Shown: positions 8,458 to 17,626 of the stretch, one piece after another
Layout of the letters: every line of letters starts with the position of its first letter
Numbering within the stretch: position 1 is the stretch's first letter
Origin: Patescibacteria group bacterium
GTDB lineage: Bacteria > Patescibacteriota > Minisyncoccia > Phycocordibacterales > JBBTRF01
NCBI GenBank assembly: GCA_038065315.1
Contig: JBBTRF010000001.1
Span: 230,413 to 294,412, forward strand
Direction of reading: 5' to 3'
DNA length: 64,000 nt
The notes under the pieces: generated by a model
The model's database searches: none
What the model saw: only the letters and a program-made list of their open reading frames with translations
What the model was told of the DNA's origin: nothing
Made by a program: the position numbers and the translations under genes

Positions 8458-9798
8458 CTACTTCGCTAGATACGTGGACAAGAATTCACGCTTCAATTCA
8501 AAGAAGGTGCCGTCCTCAATTCCCTTTCGCATGCGATCAACAAGATTCACGATGAAATGGAGGTTGTGGGTCGAGGCAAGGGTGCCGGCGAGCATTTCGT
8601 CAGCGCGAAACAGGTGCGCAATGTAGGCGCGGGTGTAGTGTGCGCAAGCATAGCAAGCGCAATCTTCTTCGATTGGGCGCATATCCTCGCGATACTGCGC
8701 ATTCTCGATATGCACGCGTCCATGCTTCGTATAAATAGTGCCATTGCGTCCAAGGCGAGTCGGCGCAACGCAGTCGAAGGTGTCGCAACCATTCTCCACT
8801 GCCTCAAAAATATCTACAGGGTCGCCGATGCCGAGCAGGTGGCGTGGTTTGTTTTCCGGCAAGAGCTCATTCACCCAACGCACCGCCTTGCCCATATCTT
8901 CTTTGTCAAATGACCCACCAATACCGAAGCCGTCGAAAGGCATCGCGCCGATGATACGCGCACTTTCCTTGCGCAAGTCCTCGTGACGCCCACCCTGCAC
9001 GATGCCGAACAGCGCCTGGGGTGTGCCGTTGGCCGTCACTTTTTTATGCGCCTTCAAACAACGCTCCGCCCAGCGATGCGTGCGTGCCATCGCCTCCTGC
9101 TGATATTCTTTTGGCGCGTGCGGCGAGGTGCATTCATCGAACGCAAAGATCATGTCCGCACCAATCTGCTCCTGGATCTCGATCGAACGTTCCGGCGTGA
9201 AGCGATGCGTACTGCCGTCGATGACGGACTTGAATGTGACGCCCTCTTCGTCGACACGCGCGAGACGCGCCGCCACATCCTCTGTCGCGTCGGTGCCGCT
9301 TTCGGCGAGGGAGGGCTTCGCCGAAGAAGACTTCGGCATAAGTGTCGCAGATGTAAGTGTCGCTGTCGCTCCCTTATCTGCTCCCTTAGAAAACTTATTA
9401 ATCCCCTTCCCAAACGCCACGCCGAGCGAAAACACCTGGAAGCCGCCAGAGTCGGTCATGGTCGGACCGTGCCAATTCATCATTTTGCCCAAGCCGCCAG
9501 CCTTCGCGATGATCTTCTCACCCGGCTGCAGATACAAATGATACGTATTCGCCAGGGCCACCTGAGCGCCGAGGTCTTTCACGTGGTCGGGCGTGAGCGA
9601 CTTCACTGTGGCTTTCGTCCCCACCGCCACAAACGCCGGGGTATGCACCACACCATGCGGAGTCGTCAAAAGTCCGACACGGCCGAGGGTCGGGGTGTCG
9701 TCAGGCTTCGTGAGGCGCTTCTCCACCACAAATGAAAGTGGATTTTGTGGGGTAAGATGCGACTTCGCACTGTTGATATCGGCCATATCATTCTTCAT
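8458..9798 (-). CDS. tgt: Queuine tRNA-ribosyltransferase (Tgt) with a ~45-aa low-complexity insertion
   Basis: DSGGFQ motif, FDEC, and the C-terminal zinc site CxCxxC..H (DCACYACAHY). A Ser/Thr/Ala/Lys-rich insertion lies between FSLG and VTFKS relative to canonical Tgt. Confidence 0.9.
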   Translation of the reverse strand: MKNDMADINSAKSHLTPQNPLSFVVEKRLTKPDDTPTLGRVGLLTTPHGVVHTPAFVAVGTKATVKSLTPDHVKDLGAQVALANTYHLYLQPGEKIIAKAGGLGKMMNWHGPTMTDSGGFQVFSLGVAFGKGINKFSKGADKGATATLTSATLMPKSSSAKPSLAESGTDATEDVAARLARVDEEGVTFKSVIDGSTHRFTPERSIEIQEQIGADMIFAFDECTSPHAPKEYQQEAMARTHRWAERCLKAHKKVTANGTPQALFGIVQGGRHEDLRKESARIIGAMPFDGFGIGGSFDKEDMGKAVRWVNELLPENKPRHLLGIGDPVDIFEAVENGCDTFDCVAPTRLGRNGTIYTKHGRVHIENAQYREDMRPIEEDCACYACAHYTRAYIAHLFRADEMLAGTLASTHNLHFIVNLVDRMRKGIEDGTFFELKREFLSTYLAK

Positions 9799-9873
9799 GT
9801 CTCACGAGCATACCAGATTTGACCAAATTGTGCATTTCTTGTGCATTTTGGAAAATAACGTATAGTAATAGCC

Positions 9874-10692
9874 ATGAAACCGGCACCAAAAAAGGTCATA
9901 CTCCTCGCAGCGGCATGGCCAATGCGCATCAACAAATATCTCGCCCACAAGGGATATTCGACGCGCCGCGGCGCCGACGAGCTGGTCACCGCTCAAAAAG
10001 TACTCCTCAATGGTCGTGTAGCCGTCCTCGGAGACAAGGTGAAGGAAACAGATGTCGTGGAGGTCTTGCAAGCCCAGAACAAAGCTGAGGGTAATTCGAC
10101 CGGTAAAAAAGCTCCCGGAACCGGCTCGGGAAACGTTCATGGCACCACCGCAGCGGATCGCGTGTACTTCATCTTCCACAAGCCGGTCGGCATGAGCGCG
10201 AGCGACAACGAGATCGAGGCTGTCATTGACCAACTCAAAAGCCAAAAAAAGTATGCGTACCTCGTCGGCAAGAAACTCTTCCCCATCGGCCGACTCGACA
10301 AAGAGTCGAGTGGCATCATGATCCTCACTAACGACGGTCGCATCACCGATCGCCTGCTCAATCCCGTATACGCGCATCCGAAAACTTTTTTCTGCACCCT
10401 CAACAAGGTGCATTCCGCGAGCTTCATTCGCATTTTGTCTGATCGACTCCTCAACTTGCAGGCCGGTCCGGAGAACGCTGCTGAAACCGTAGACCAACTC
10501 CATTTCAAAGTCACCCTCAACAACACCGGCAACGCCCACCTCGAACACATCTGTGCTGAACTTGGCTTCACCATTGTGGAGAGCCAGCGCATTGCCATCC
10601 TCAACATCGGCCTAGGCAACCTCAAGCCAGGTGCTGTCCGCGAGGTGACAGAGAAAGAACGCGAAGCATTTCTCCGTTCGCTCGGTCTCTAG
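9874..10692 (+). CDS. S4-domain pseudouridine synthase (RsuA/RluB family)
   Basis: N-terminal S4 domain (INKYLAHKGYSTRRGADELV...NGRV) and the catalytic region ...HKPVG..., GRLDKESSGIMILTNDG. A Gly/Ser-rich insertion follows the S4 domain. Confidence 0.8.
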   Translation: MKPAPKKVILLAAAWPMRINKYLAHKGYSTRRGADELVTAQKVLLNGRVAVLGDKVKETDVVEVLQAQNKAEGNSTGKKAPGTGSGNVHGTTAADRVYFIFHKPVGMSASDNEIEAVIDQLKSQKKYAYLVGKKLFPIGRLDKESSGIMILTNDGRITDRLLNPVYAHPKTFFCTLNKVHSASFIRILSDRLLNLQAGPENAAETVDQLHFKVTLNNTGNAHLEHICAELGFTIVESQRIAILNIGLGNLKPGAVREVTEKEREAFLRSLGL

Positions 10693-10743
10693 TTGGAATC
10701 TTGGCCAGTTGGGTTGTGGTGCAGAATGTAGTAAAATAGGCGA

Positions 10744-11466
10744 ATGATACACAAATGGTTCAAGCGCAACACGAAGCCTCACACCAATGACGGCTTTCTT
10801 TCGATTGGTGACATCCAAAAAGATGAGCGGTACGAATTGAAAGATATTCATGACGAATTCAAGCGTGGCTTCGACCTCATCAAAAAATATCCGAAGACGG
10901 TGAGCTTCTTTGGTTCAGCCCGCTTCACTTCGGAACATGAACATTACAAGCAAGCTCAAGAATTGGCAGGCAAGATCGTGAAGGAGCTCGGCTATGCTGT
11001 GGTGACTGGCGGCGGGCCGGGCATTATGGAAGCCGGCGCGCGCGGAGCGAAAGACGCCGGCGGCGTCTCGATCGGCATGACCATTCGCCTCCCCCACGAA
11101 CAGCGCGACAATCCGTACATCACTGAAAGCGCCGATTTCAAATACTTTTTCAGCCGCAAGACGCTCCTCACTTTTGAAGCCGAAGCTTTCATCTTCTTCC
11201 CTGGCGGCTTCGGCACCTTGGACGAATTTTTCGATGTGCTGACTCTCGTGCAGACTGGCAAGATCCCGAAAGTGCCAATCATTCTCGTCGGCCGTGACTA
11301 TTGGGAGCCGCTCGACGCCTTCATCAAAGCGCAGATGCTTGTCGCTCACAAAGCGATCAACCCAGACGACATGAAGCTGTACCATATCACCGAAGACAGT
11401 AAAGAAATCGTCGAGATCATCCGCAAGACCCCCGTTACCAATTGGTGGAAGCACTTTCAGGAGTAG
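10744..11466 (+). CDS. LOG family protein (cytokinin riboside 5'-monophosphate phosphoribohydrolase-like)
   Basis: GGGPGIMEA and PGGFGTLDE motifs typical of the LOG/TIGR00730 family. Confidence 0.8.
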   Translation: MIHKWFKRNTKPHTNDGFLSIGDIQKDERYELKDIHDEFKRGFDLIKKYPKTVSFFGSARFTSEHEHYKQAQELAGKIVKELGYAVVTGGGPGIMEAGARGAKDAGGVSIGMTIRLPHEQRDNPYITESADFKYFFSRKTLLTFEAEAFIFFPGGFGTLDEFFDVLTLVQTGKIPKVPIILVGRDYWEPLDAFIKAQMLVAHKAINPDDMKLYHITEDSKEIVEIIRKTPVTNWWKHFQE

Positions 11467-11506
11467 TACGATATGGGCCGCAGCAAGAGTGGCAAAAGCA
11501 ATCAAA

Positions 11507-11543
11507 AGAAAACGCGGCCGCCTGAAAAGGGGCCGCGTTTTTC
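11507..11543. terminator. Bidirectional intrinsic terminator between the LOG gene (+) and the adk-like gene (-)
   Basis: AAAACGCGGCCGCCTGAAAAGGGGCCGCGTTTTT: GC stem flanked by an A-tract and a T-tract. Confidence 0.6.
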
Positions 11544-11592
11544 GCTGTGTGAGAGAAATACATCCGAGGAACGATCGGCGTGGACACGATTT

Positions 11593-12444
11593 TCATGCCA
11601 CCTTCGGGAGGTGACGGAAATAATCGAGCCCATCAGAACGTGCCAAGCTGGCAACGTGTTCGAGCTGGTCGCGCGTAGGGGCTGGAGTGAGCTTTTCCAC
11701 AAAAGCCACGGTCGCCGCCGGATCGCTCTCGAACGGCAGACGCTGAAAGGATCGAAGGTGGATGAGTGAAGCCTTCAATCGCTCCATCTGCACACCCTGA
11801 TACCCGACGATCCGAGCGACTTCCAGGACCTTTTCTAGATCAGTCTGCTGCACCACCGCAAAGCGTTTCGGGTCCCAGTTGCGGATCGCTTTGATCATCG
11901 GGACGGTCTCGCCCAGAAACTGGTGATGCCAACGGTGCAGGAAGGTGGTAATGTTGTCATCCGCACGGCACAATTCCTTCCGGCGCTGCCCCAAAACTTG
12001 TGCGAGGCAGATGCCGAATGGCTGGCACAAAAGAATTGAACGCGCAATGACGTGAGTGCCCTTCAATTCTTCCAGGCGACGCAGGACGGCAAACTGAAGA
12101 TCGTTCCGCGGAAACCCATCGAGCAGGAAGGTTCTGACACCGGCCTGAAGCCGCTGCAGGATCCATTCCAACACGACGACAGTGGCGAGCTCGTCTTCGA
12201 CCATCTCGGCGCATTTCATCTTTTCTTCCGCCGCCGCGCACGCATCGCCGACTGGGCCAGATTCTTTGGCGCGGCGGCGGATGGCGGCACTGCAGCTCAG
12301 GTGATGAAATGACACTGAGCCATACTCCTGCAACAGTTTGCCGACAAAGTCCTTGCCCGCACCCATGCCGGCCAGGAGAAGAAAGAGGTGGAAATTGCTG
12401 TAGCGGGAAATTTGCAGTATCAATCCTTCGATGTGCTGTGTCAC
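11593..12444 (-). CDS. Adenylate kinase-family P-loop kinase with N- and C-terminal extensions
   Basis: P-loop AGMGAGKDF, LLDGFPRN (AMP-binding motif) and R.DDN (LID-like). At 283 aa it is longer than canonical Adk. Confidence 0.55.
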   Translation of the reverse strand: MTQHIEGLILQISRYSNFHLFLLLAGMGAGKDFVGKLLQEYGSVSFHHLSCSAAIRRRAKESGPVGDACAAAEEKMKCAEMVEDELATVVVLEWILQRLQAGVRTFLLDGFPRNDLQFAVLRRLEELKGTHVIARSILLCQPFGICLAQVLGQRRKELCRADDNITTFLHRWHHQFLGETVPMIKAIRNWDPKRFAVVQQTDLEKVLEVARIVGYQGVQMERLKASLIHLRSFQRLPFESDPAATVAFVEKLTPAPTRDQLEHVASLARSDGLDYFRHLPKVA

Positions 12445-12556
12445 GACGCCTCCTTAGGTAAGGGGTTTTTGTGGTAGCTCCGAGTGTTTCTTTCACAATG
12501 TGAAGAACAGAGCCAGAGGGCTTTATATCAGAAAAACAGCCGAGCGTCAACGAAAC

Positions 12557-13045
12557 CTAGACCAACACGAAGTAGAGGAAGAGTCCGAACATGAGCACGG
12601 CCAAACTACAATTCACCAACGCGCCCGTCGCTGAGCCGATGAGTCCGGCAGTAGCGGCTTTGAGGGCTGCTGCGTTACTTTTGCGTGCCACTACTTCTCC
12701 CGCAAAGATGCCGACGAACAAACCAACGATGCCCCCGAGTGGCGGAAAGGCGATGAGACCAACAATGAGTCCGAGGAATCCGAAAAGAATCGAGCGTCGA
12801 TCTGCCCCACCATATCGTGCGCCAAGTATGCCGGCGAAGTAATCGATGAAGAAAGATACGATGAGAATACCGCCAAGTACCGCAAGATTCTCCCAGGTGA
12901 TGTGTACGAAGCGATCGGAAATCGCAAAAAGCAATGCAATAAGAAACATGTACGAGATCGCCGGCAGAAACGGCACGAGCACTGCCGGAATACCCAGCGC
13001 CATGAATATCGCTGCAACCGCGAGAAGAATTGGGTGTTCAATCAT
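12557..13045 (-). CDS. DUF456-like integral membrane protein
   Basis: Four predicted TM helices and a Gly-rich C-terminal TM (GFLGLIVGLIAFPPLGGIVGLFVGIFAG). Confidence 0.5.
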   Translation of the reverse strand: MIEHPILLAVAAIFMALGIPAVLVPFLPAISYMFLIALLFAISDRFVHITWENLAVLGGILIVSFFIDYFAGILGARYGGADRRSILFGFLGLIVGLIAFPPLGGIVGLFVGIFAGEVVARKSNAAALKAATAGLIGSATGALVNCSLAVLMFGLFLYFVLV

Positions 13046-13932
13046 TTCTTCATTTTACCATAGCCGCTGCCGTATCCATATTCGTATTCATCCTCCTCGT
13101 CGATCTGGTCGTGCAATACGGCAACATCCTTCGCCAATGAGGCCGTCTCTGCATCTTCATCATCATACGGGTCAGAAGATGGCCCGGGAACAACAATAGA
13201 CACTTCGTCGAGCACGTCATACAGAATATTTGAGGGACAGGCTACGGGGATCCGATGAGACAAACACACGGGCTGGCTTCCCTGCACAAACACATCCAAC
13301 GCGCCCACGACGACACCAAGTATCTTGCAAGAATCGACGTCGATCAGCGGCGCGCCGCCATCGGCAAGCCAAGGTGCGCCGTCTATCTCGAGCAGTTCTG
13401 GCACGCCATTTTTGTCTTTCTGGACCGCACCGATCGAGCAAAGGTGTGTAAAGACTTTCGGCTGCCCTGCAGCGACTCGCTTCATATCAGCCTCATCCAC
13501 CCCATTCCGACACCTTGTTGCTGGGAAGCTGAGCGTAAACGCCTCCACCCCAGCGGTGAGACAGTCCTCGTTGGTTTCGAGATCATCCATCGAAAAGCCG
13601 ACTTCCTGGCGTTGCTCGAATCCAAATACAGCCAGCCCTCGTACGGTATCGGTGTCGATGAGCATGAGGTCGGCGGTCTGGTATACATCGACCCCGGCCT
13701 CGGTCTTTTGATACACTCCCGCAAAATACTGCCCGGCCGCCTTCTCCATCGCCTTGAAAACACTGAGTGACGTCACGGCAAACTGTCCGTCTACCGCAAA
13801 ACCAGTACCTTCGAAATGCACGGTTGATTGCTCAACCCCCATTTGTCTGGCACCGAGAAAGAGGAGGTTGCGACGAACTGAATCGATAATATGTTGTGTT
13901 GGCATGCGAATATGCTTATGAGTAATACCCAT
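13042..13932 (-). CDS. hypothetical protein with degenerate trypsin-like (S1) protease signature and an acidic C-terminal tail
   Basis: GTGFAV (His-region-like), TADLMLIDTD (Asp region) and ADGGAPL in place of GDSGGPL (Ser nucleophile replaced by Gly). The C-terminus is Asp/Glu/Tyr/Gly-rich. Confidence 0.35.
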   Translation of the reverse strand: MGITHKHIRMPTQHIIDSVRRNLLFLGARQMGVEQSTVHFEGTGFAVDGQFAVTSLSVFKAMEKAAGQYFAGVYQKTEAGVDVYQTADLMLIDTDTVRGLAVFGFEQRQEVGFSMDDLETNEDCLTAGVEAFTLSFPATRCRNGVDEADMKRVAAGQPKVFTHLCSIGAVQKDKNGVPELLEIDGAPWLADGGAPLIDVDSCKILGVVVGALDVFVQGSQPVCLSHRIPVACPSNILYDVLDEVSIVVPGPSSDPYDDEDAETASLAKDVAVLHDQIDEEDEYEYGYGSGYGKMKK

Positions 13933-13944
13933 AAGTAAAGCAAA

Positions 13945-14020
13945 CCAGTGATAGAGAAACTGCTAAAAAGTGTTCAAGAAAAGACTAATTTCCGATAAAG
14001 AAATCGTGAAAAAGTTCTAA
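13945..14020 (-). promoter_or_regulatory. Conserved upstream motif, copy 1 (shared with 36910-36979), immediately 5' of the 13042..13932 gene
   Basis: About 45 of ~50 nt are identical to the second copy: AAATTAGTMYTTTCTTGARYACTTTTTAGCARTTTCTCTATC (gene-sense strand), located about -25 to -70 from each ATG. It contains TTGAAC/TTGAGT-N18-TATC(A/G)-like promoter elements. Confidence 0.45.
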
Positions 14021-14072
14021 AGAAAAAATGAAGGAGAGGTAAAAACAAAATCAAGAATCGGGCGGACCATTT

Positions 14073-14999
14073 TTACAGAGACAAGTTTCGCAAGACAGTC
14101 GCATCCACAATGTTCGGCTGTGCTTCGCGAATCGCACCATAGAAGCGCACCTTGTCGCCCTTGATGAATCGAGCGATCGAAAACACCTGTCTTTTGTTGT
14201 TCAAAATACTCACTCCATCAGCGAGCGGCAGCGTGTAATCCACCCCGCCTACAGTGACAACCATGTTGAGCGGCAATGTATTGCCATCAATACTTTTGAT
14301 CACCCCTTCAAAATTACGTGGCTTGAAAATCGACATGTCCTGATAGATACGAATTGTCTGCGCCTCAAGCGTCTTTTTGAGATTGTTGTACACGCCGGTG
14401 GCAGAAGTGATCTTCGTGCCGACACCGAGTGTATTCGTGCTCAACACCAAAGTGCCCTTGTTCACCGGCGTCGATGAGGCTACGAGCAGCGTGATCTTGC
14501 CGCGGGTCTTTGAGTTGAGAATATACGCCAATGCGGTCGGCGTACTGGTACCGAGCTCGGAGATACTACCGGAAAAACCTTCCTCCAATGTTTGTAGAGA
14601 CCAATTCTTCACCTTCTTCGCCACCACATCGAGAGAGTTCGAGCCTTCAAACAAGTCACCGGTGACTGAAATAAAGTCGCCGACAGAAATTTCCTTCACG
14701 GTAATAGCCTGACCGAAGCGTTTTTCGAAAGCGGTCTTGTCGCTGGTACGGACAGTGACACGGATGAAGGAAACTCCCCAATACACCTTGCAGAAAAGGG
14801 TCGTACCCGAAACCTGCTCCACACGAGCACCCTGGATAGAGACGCTGCCATTATCATTCACATGCACCTCGAGGGTGGAGCCGAAGGGCCGCGGATCGTA
14901 GTTGGGTGCGAGCACTTGAGCCTGCGCCATTTGAGCAAAACCGCCCAAAATACCGGTCGAAAGGCCAAAGATGACCAAGGCATTGATCGCTTTTTTCAT
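14073..14999 (-). CDS. secreted hypothetical protein (signal peptide, internally repeated beta-rich domains)
   Basis: N-terminal signal peptide MKKAINALVIFGLSTGILGGFAQMAQA, then three similar ~80-aa segments. Confidence 0.5.
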   Translation of the reverse strand: MKKAINALVIFGLSTGILGGFAQMAQAQVLAPNYDPRPFGSTLEVHVNDNGSVSIQGARVEQVSGTTLFCKVYWGVSFIRVTVRTSDKTAFEKRFGQAITVKEISVGDFISVTGDLFEGSNSLDVVAKKVKNWSLQTLEEGFSGSISELGTSTPTALAYILNSKTRGKITLLVASSTPVNKGTLVLSTNTLGVGTKITSATGVYNNLKKTLEAQTIRIYQDMSIFKPRNFEGVIKSIDGNTLPLNMVVTVGGVDYTLPLADGVSILNNKRQVFSIARFIKGDKVRFYGAIREAQPNIVDATVLRNLSL

Positions 15000-15046
15000 C
15001 CCAGAACACTACCACAAAACAGCATATTTGGCCATCTTTGGCCAAA

Positions 15047-15790
15047 TTAAGCCATCCTAAGGTATTTGGCCCGCTGGGAGGCCGAAAATCGCTCAATGGC
15101 ATATCGGAGCATCGTCCTCGGCATGGACACAGCATGCGTATCCAGAAAGCTCCTGAGGGTTTTTAGACCTATTGGGGAGCGTTTCCCTATCTCGCGAAGC
15201 ATCCAACCGCAGGCTTTGTGGATAAGGTCGTGCTCGTCGGAAATGAGGATCTCGCAGATACGAATAGTGTCAGTGAATTCACCTTGTTGGATGAAAAAAT
15301 AGGTTGAAATGATAGCGATGCGCCGCTCCCACAGATTAGCCGAACGTGCGAGGCGGTCGAGGATGGCAGTGTTCCCTTTTTGGTAGAGGTATGCCCCGAG
15401 GATGTCGCGAGCGGAGTTGTCGACGAGGTCCCAATTGTTAAAACAGCGAGCATGCTCTAGATACCACTTGGCGAGGCGTTCTTGTTCGGCGAGGGAGTCT
15501 TGTGGGGTCGGCGATTTCTTTGCTAAGGCATATTTCAATTGCAAGATTTCCGTGCAGGTGAAGCGATGCTCGTGAATTGGACTTTTGGCGAGTGTGGCAA
15601 GGTCGGAGAAAGACAAGTGGGCATACGCGCGGGCGATCGTGCGCTGTTGTGGCACCGTCAGACCAAGGAAACGATCGCCCGCGCCATATTCACCCGTGCC
15701 CGTCTTGAAATACTTGGCGAGCGTGGCAGATTTCTTGGCGTTGGCGTTTGCTTTCAGCTCGCGCACGAGGTCTTTGAGATTTTTCTTCAT
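15047..15790 (-). CDS. DNA alkylation repair protein (AlkD/AlkC-like HEAT-repeat glycosylase family)
   Basis: NNWDLVD motif and HEAT-like repeats typical of the DNA_alkylation family. Start refined to MKKNLKDL (ATG at 15790). Confidence 0.7.
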   Translation of the reverse strand: MKKNLKDLVRELKANANAKKSATLAKYFKTGTGEYGAGDRFLGLTVPQQRTIARAYAHLSFSDLATLAKSPIHEHRFTCTEILQLKYALAKKSPTPQDSLAEQERLAKWYLEHARCFNNWDLVDNSARDILGAYLYQKGNTAILDRLARSANLWERRIAIISTYFFIQQGEFTDTIRICEILISDEHDLIHKACGWMLREIGKRSPIGLKTLRSFLDTHAVSMPRTMLRYAIERFSASQRAKYLRMA

Positions 15791-15900
15791 GATGGTCAGT
15801 GTCAGACAGTATAACAGAGAACGCTTAGGCAAGAAAAACCGACCCAGGCGATGAAGCGAGGGCCGGCGAAGTGATCGGGCGAAGTGATCGGCGAAACGGC

Positions 15901-16422
15901 CTACCACTTCCGTCTGTCGCGACGATAACGCGGCGGCACACCCGGTTGGCTATGACGCATGCTGTCGGATGGCGGCGTTTGGGACCGAGCGCGAGTCGAG
16001 GGTAGCAGGATGGCAAAATCCGAAGGCTTGAGCGGGACTTCACCCAGGTCGAAGGGGGACGGCAGCTGGATGGCCATACTATCGAGCGCCGCCCTCAGTG
16101 CTTCTTCAGGCTTTTGCCCATCCTCGAGGGACAGCGCAAAATGTGGCGGATCATCGCTGTTGATGTCTTTGACATACAGATCAAAGCCAAGAGACAAGCG
16201 GATGCGGTTGGCAAGCAATTCGTCCACCAGCCAATTGGGACAAGCCCACACATTGCGGCGACAGGGCTGACCGACAATGTCGCAACAAGTGAAATCGAGA
16301 CATTCTTGCGTGGTCACCGCCTGTGCGAGCTGTTCGGCGATGAAGGCATTGGTCCTTGCGTCGCCTTTTGGATCAACGTAGCAGACGAGGCTGCTATGGA
16401 TGGGACGAGTGAGACTTAGCAT
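15901..16422 (-). CDS. Cys-rich hypothetical protein
   Basis: Cys cluster CLDFTCCDIVGQPCRRNVWACPNW. Start chosen at the Met with a GGAG 8 nt upstream (ATG at 16422). Confidence 0.4.
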   Translation of the reverse strand: MLSLTRPIHSSLVCYVDPKGDARTNAFIAEQLAQAVTTQECLDFTCCDIVGQPCRRNVWACPNWLVDELLANRIRLSLGFDLYVKDINSDDPPHFALSLEDGQKPEEALRAALDSMAIQLPSPFDLGEVPLKPSDFAILLPSTRARSQTPPSDSMRHSQPGVPPRYRRDRRKW

Positions 16423-16563
16423 AAGTAACTCCAGGGATGTGATGTCGGTGTTCCGACTGGTTTTCAAACAACGCGAATGGAATAATTAAACCGCGACACG
16501 GTCACTTTGTCAAGAAAATATCCGGACGATGTGAACAAGTGGGTGGGTCCGCCGACTTTTTTG

Positions 16564-16650
16564 AGTAGGTGCGGATTTTTCATACAAATTCATACAAAGT
16601 ATGAAGAAGTATGAAAAATCCGCACCTACTGTTTTCCGCCGCACCACCCC
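16564..16650. repeat. Palindromic intergenic repeat element, copy B
   Basis: AGTAGGTGCGGATTTTTCATAC...GTATGAAAAATCCGCACCTACT plus the GTTTTCCGCCGCACCACCCC box; begins 13 nt after the stop of the 16664..17518 gene. Confidence 0.75.
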
Positions 16651-16663
16651 TGCTCCACCTGCT

Positions 16664-17518
16664 CTAGACGAGAAAAAGGTCCTGATTGTATTCCCCAACA
16701 CCGAGATATCTCGCTTCGCCACGCAAGATAGCTTCGTATGGCGCGCAGGCGAAGCATGGGGAGCCGCCCGCGATCACCCGTGGACATGCAAATTCACCTT
16801 TCTCGCGGGCGGCCTTCACTGCCCGAGCCACGGCGAGCACTTTTTCTCGCGCGACGTCCAACGAGGGCAGTTCCACCGACTTCGGCTCATCCTCCCGATC
16901 GAGATACCAATAGCTCGCACCCGACACTTTTCGCTTCTGCAATTCATTCAACAGCAGCAAATAAATCGGGAGCTGCAGCGACTCGCCATCCTCATCCCGC
17001 TTCCCCGTCTTGAAATCCAACACTCGCACGCTGTCGTCTGTCGGTACAAATTCGAGCCAATCAATCTTTCCGCACAAAATAATATTTTCCTCCTCAGACA
17101 AAAAGAAATTCGGCAACATGTCATCCTTCCCACCTTTCAGCTTCAACGCCTTCTTCACCAATGGCCCCGGATGCGCGATCACCCGCTCAATCATCACCTT
17201 GCCCCGCGCCTTCCATTCGGCTTCCTCATCGGCACTTTTGAAACCGCCTTTCTCGCCCGACACCTTCGCCCACTGCTTTTCGTATTCCGCCAATAAATCG
17301 CGTCCAGAAAATCGCTCTTCGGCCTTGAAATCCGCCAACCCCTCCACCACACCGTGCACCGCAGTTCCGAGAGACAAAGCCGGCCCAACGACACTCATCT
17401 TGCGGCGGGTCTTCGGATCCTTGTACATATTGTGCAGATAGTACGCGCGCGGACATTTCAAAAAATCCCCCATCGAGGAATGCGACACCCAAACTGCGCT
17501 GTATTTGTCTTTCGCCAT
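16664..17518 (-). CDS. Cas4-like / RecB-family PD-(D/E)xK nuclease with a C-terminal Cys cluster
   Basis: N-terminal Cys (FLKCPRAYYL), VLDFKTGK (D..K of the nuclease motif) and C-terminal CPRVIAGGSPCFACAPY (three Cys, Fe-S-like). Confidence 0.6.
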   Translation of the reverse strand: MAKDKYSAVWVSHSSMGDFLKCPRAYYLHNMYKDPKTRRKMSVVGPALSLGTAVHGVVEGLADFKAEERFSGRDLLAEYEKQWAKVSGEKGGFKSADEEAEWKARGKVMIERVIAHPGPLVKKALKLKGGKDDMLPNFFLSEEENIILCGKIDWLEFVPTDDSVRVLDFKTGKRDEDGESLQLPIYLLLLNELQKRKVSGASYWYLDREDEPKSVELPSLDVAREKVLAVARAVKAAREKGEFACPRVIAGGSPCFACAPYEAILRGEARYLGVGEYNQDLFLV

Positions 17519-17564
17519 TATCCGACTATTTTACCATATCGGACAACGCAGACTGCACGCCAAA

Positions 17565-17600
17565 CAAAAAAGCCGGCCATCGGGCCGACTTTTTTGTTGA
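17565..17600. terminator. Putative intrinsic terminator downstream of the SWIB gene
   Basis: AAAAAAGCCGGCCATCGGGCCGACTTTTTTG: GC stem flanked by A and T tracts. Confidence 0.45.
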
Positions 17601-17626
17601 TTTGTTTGCTGCTCCGAAACGGAAAA

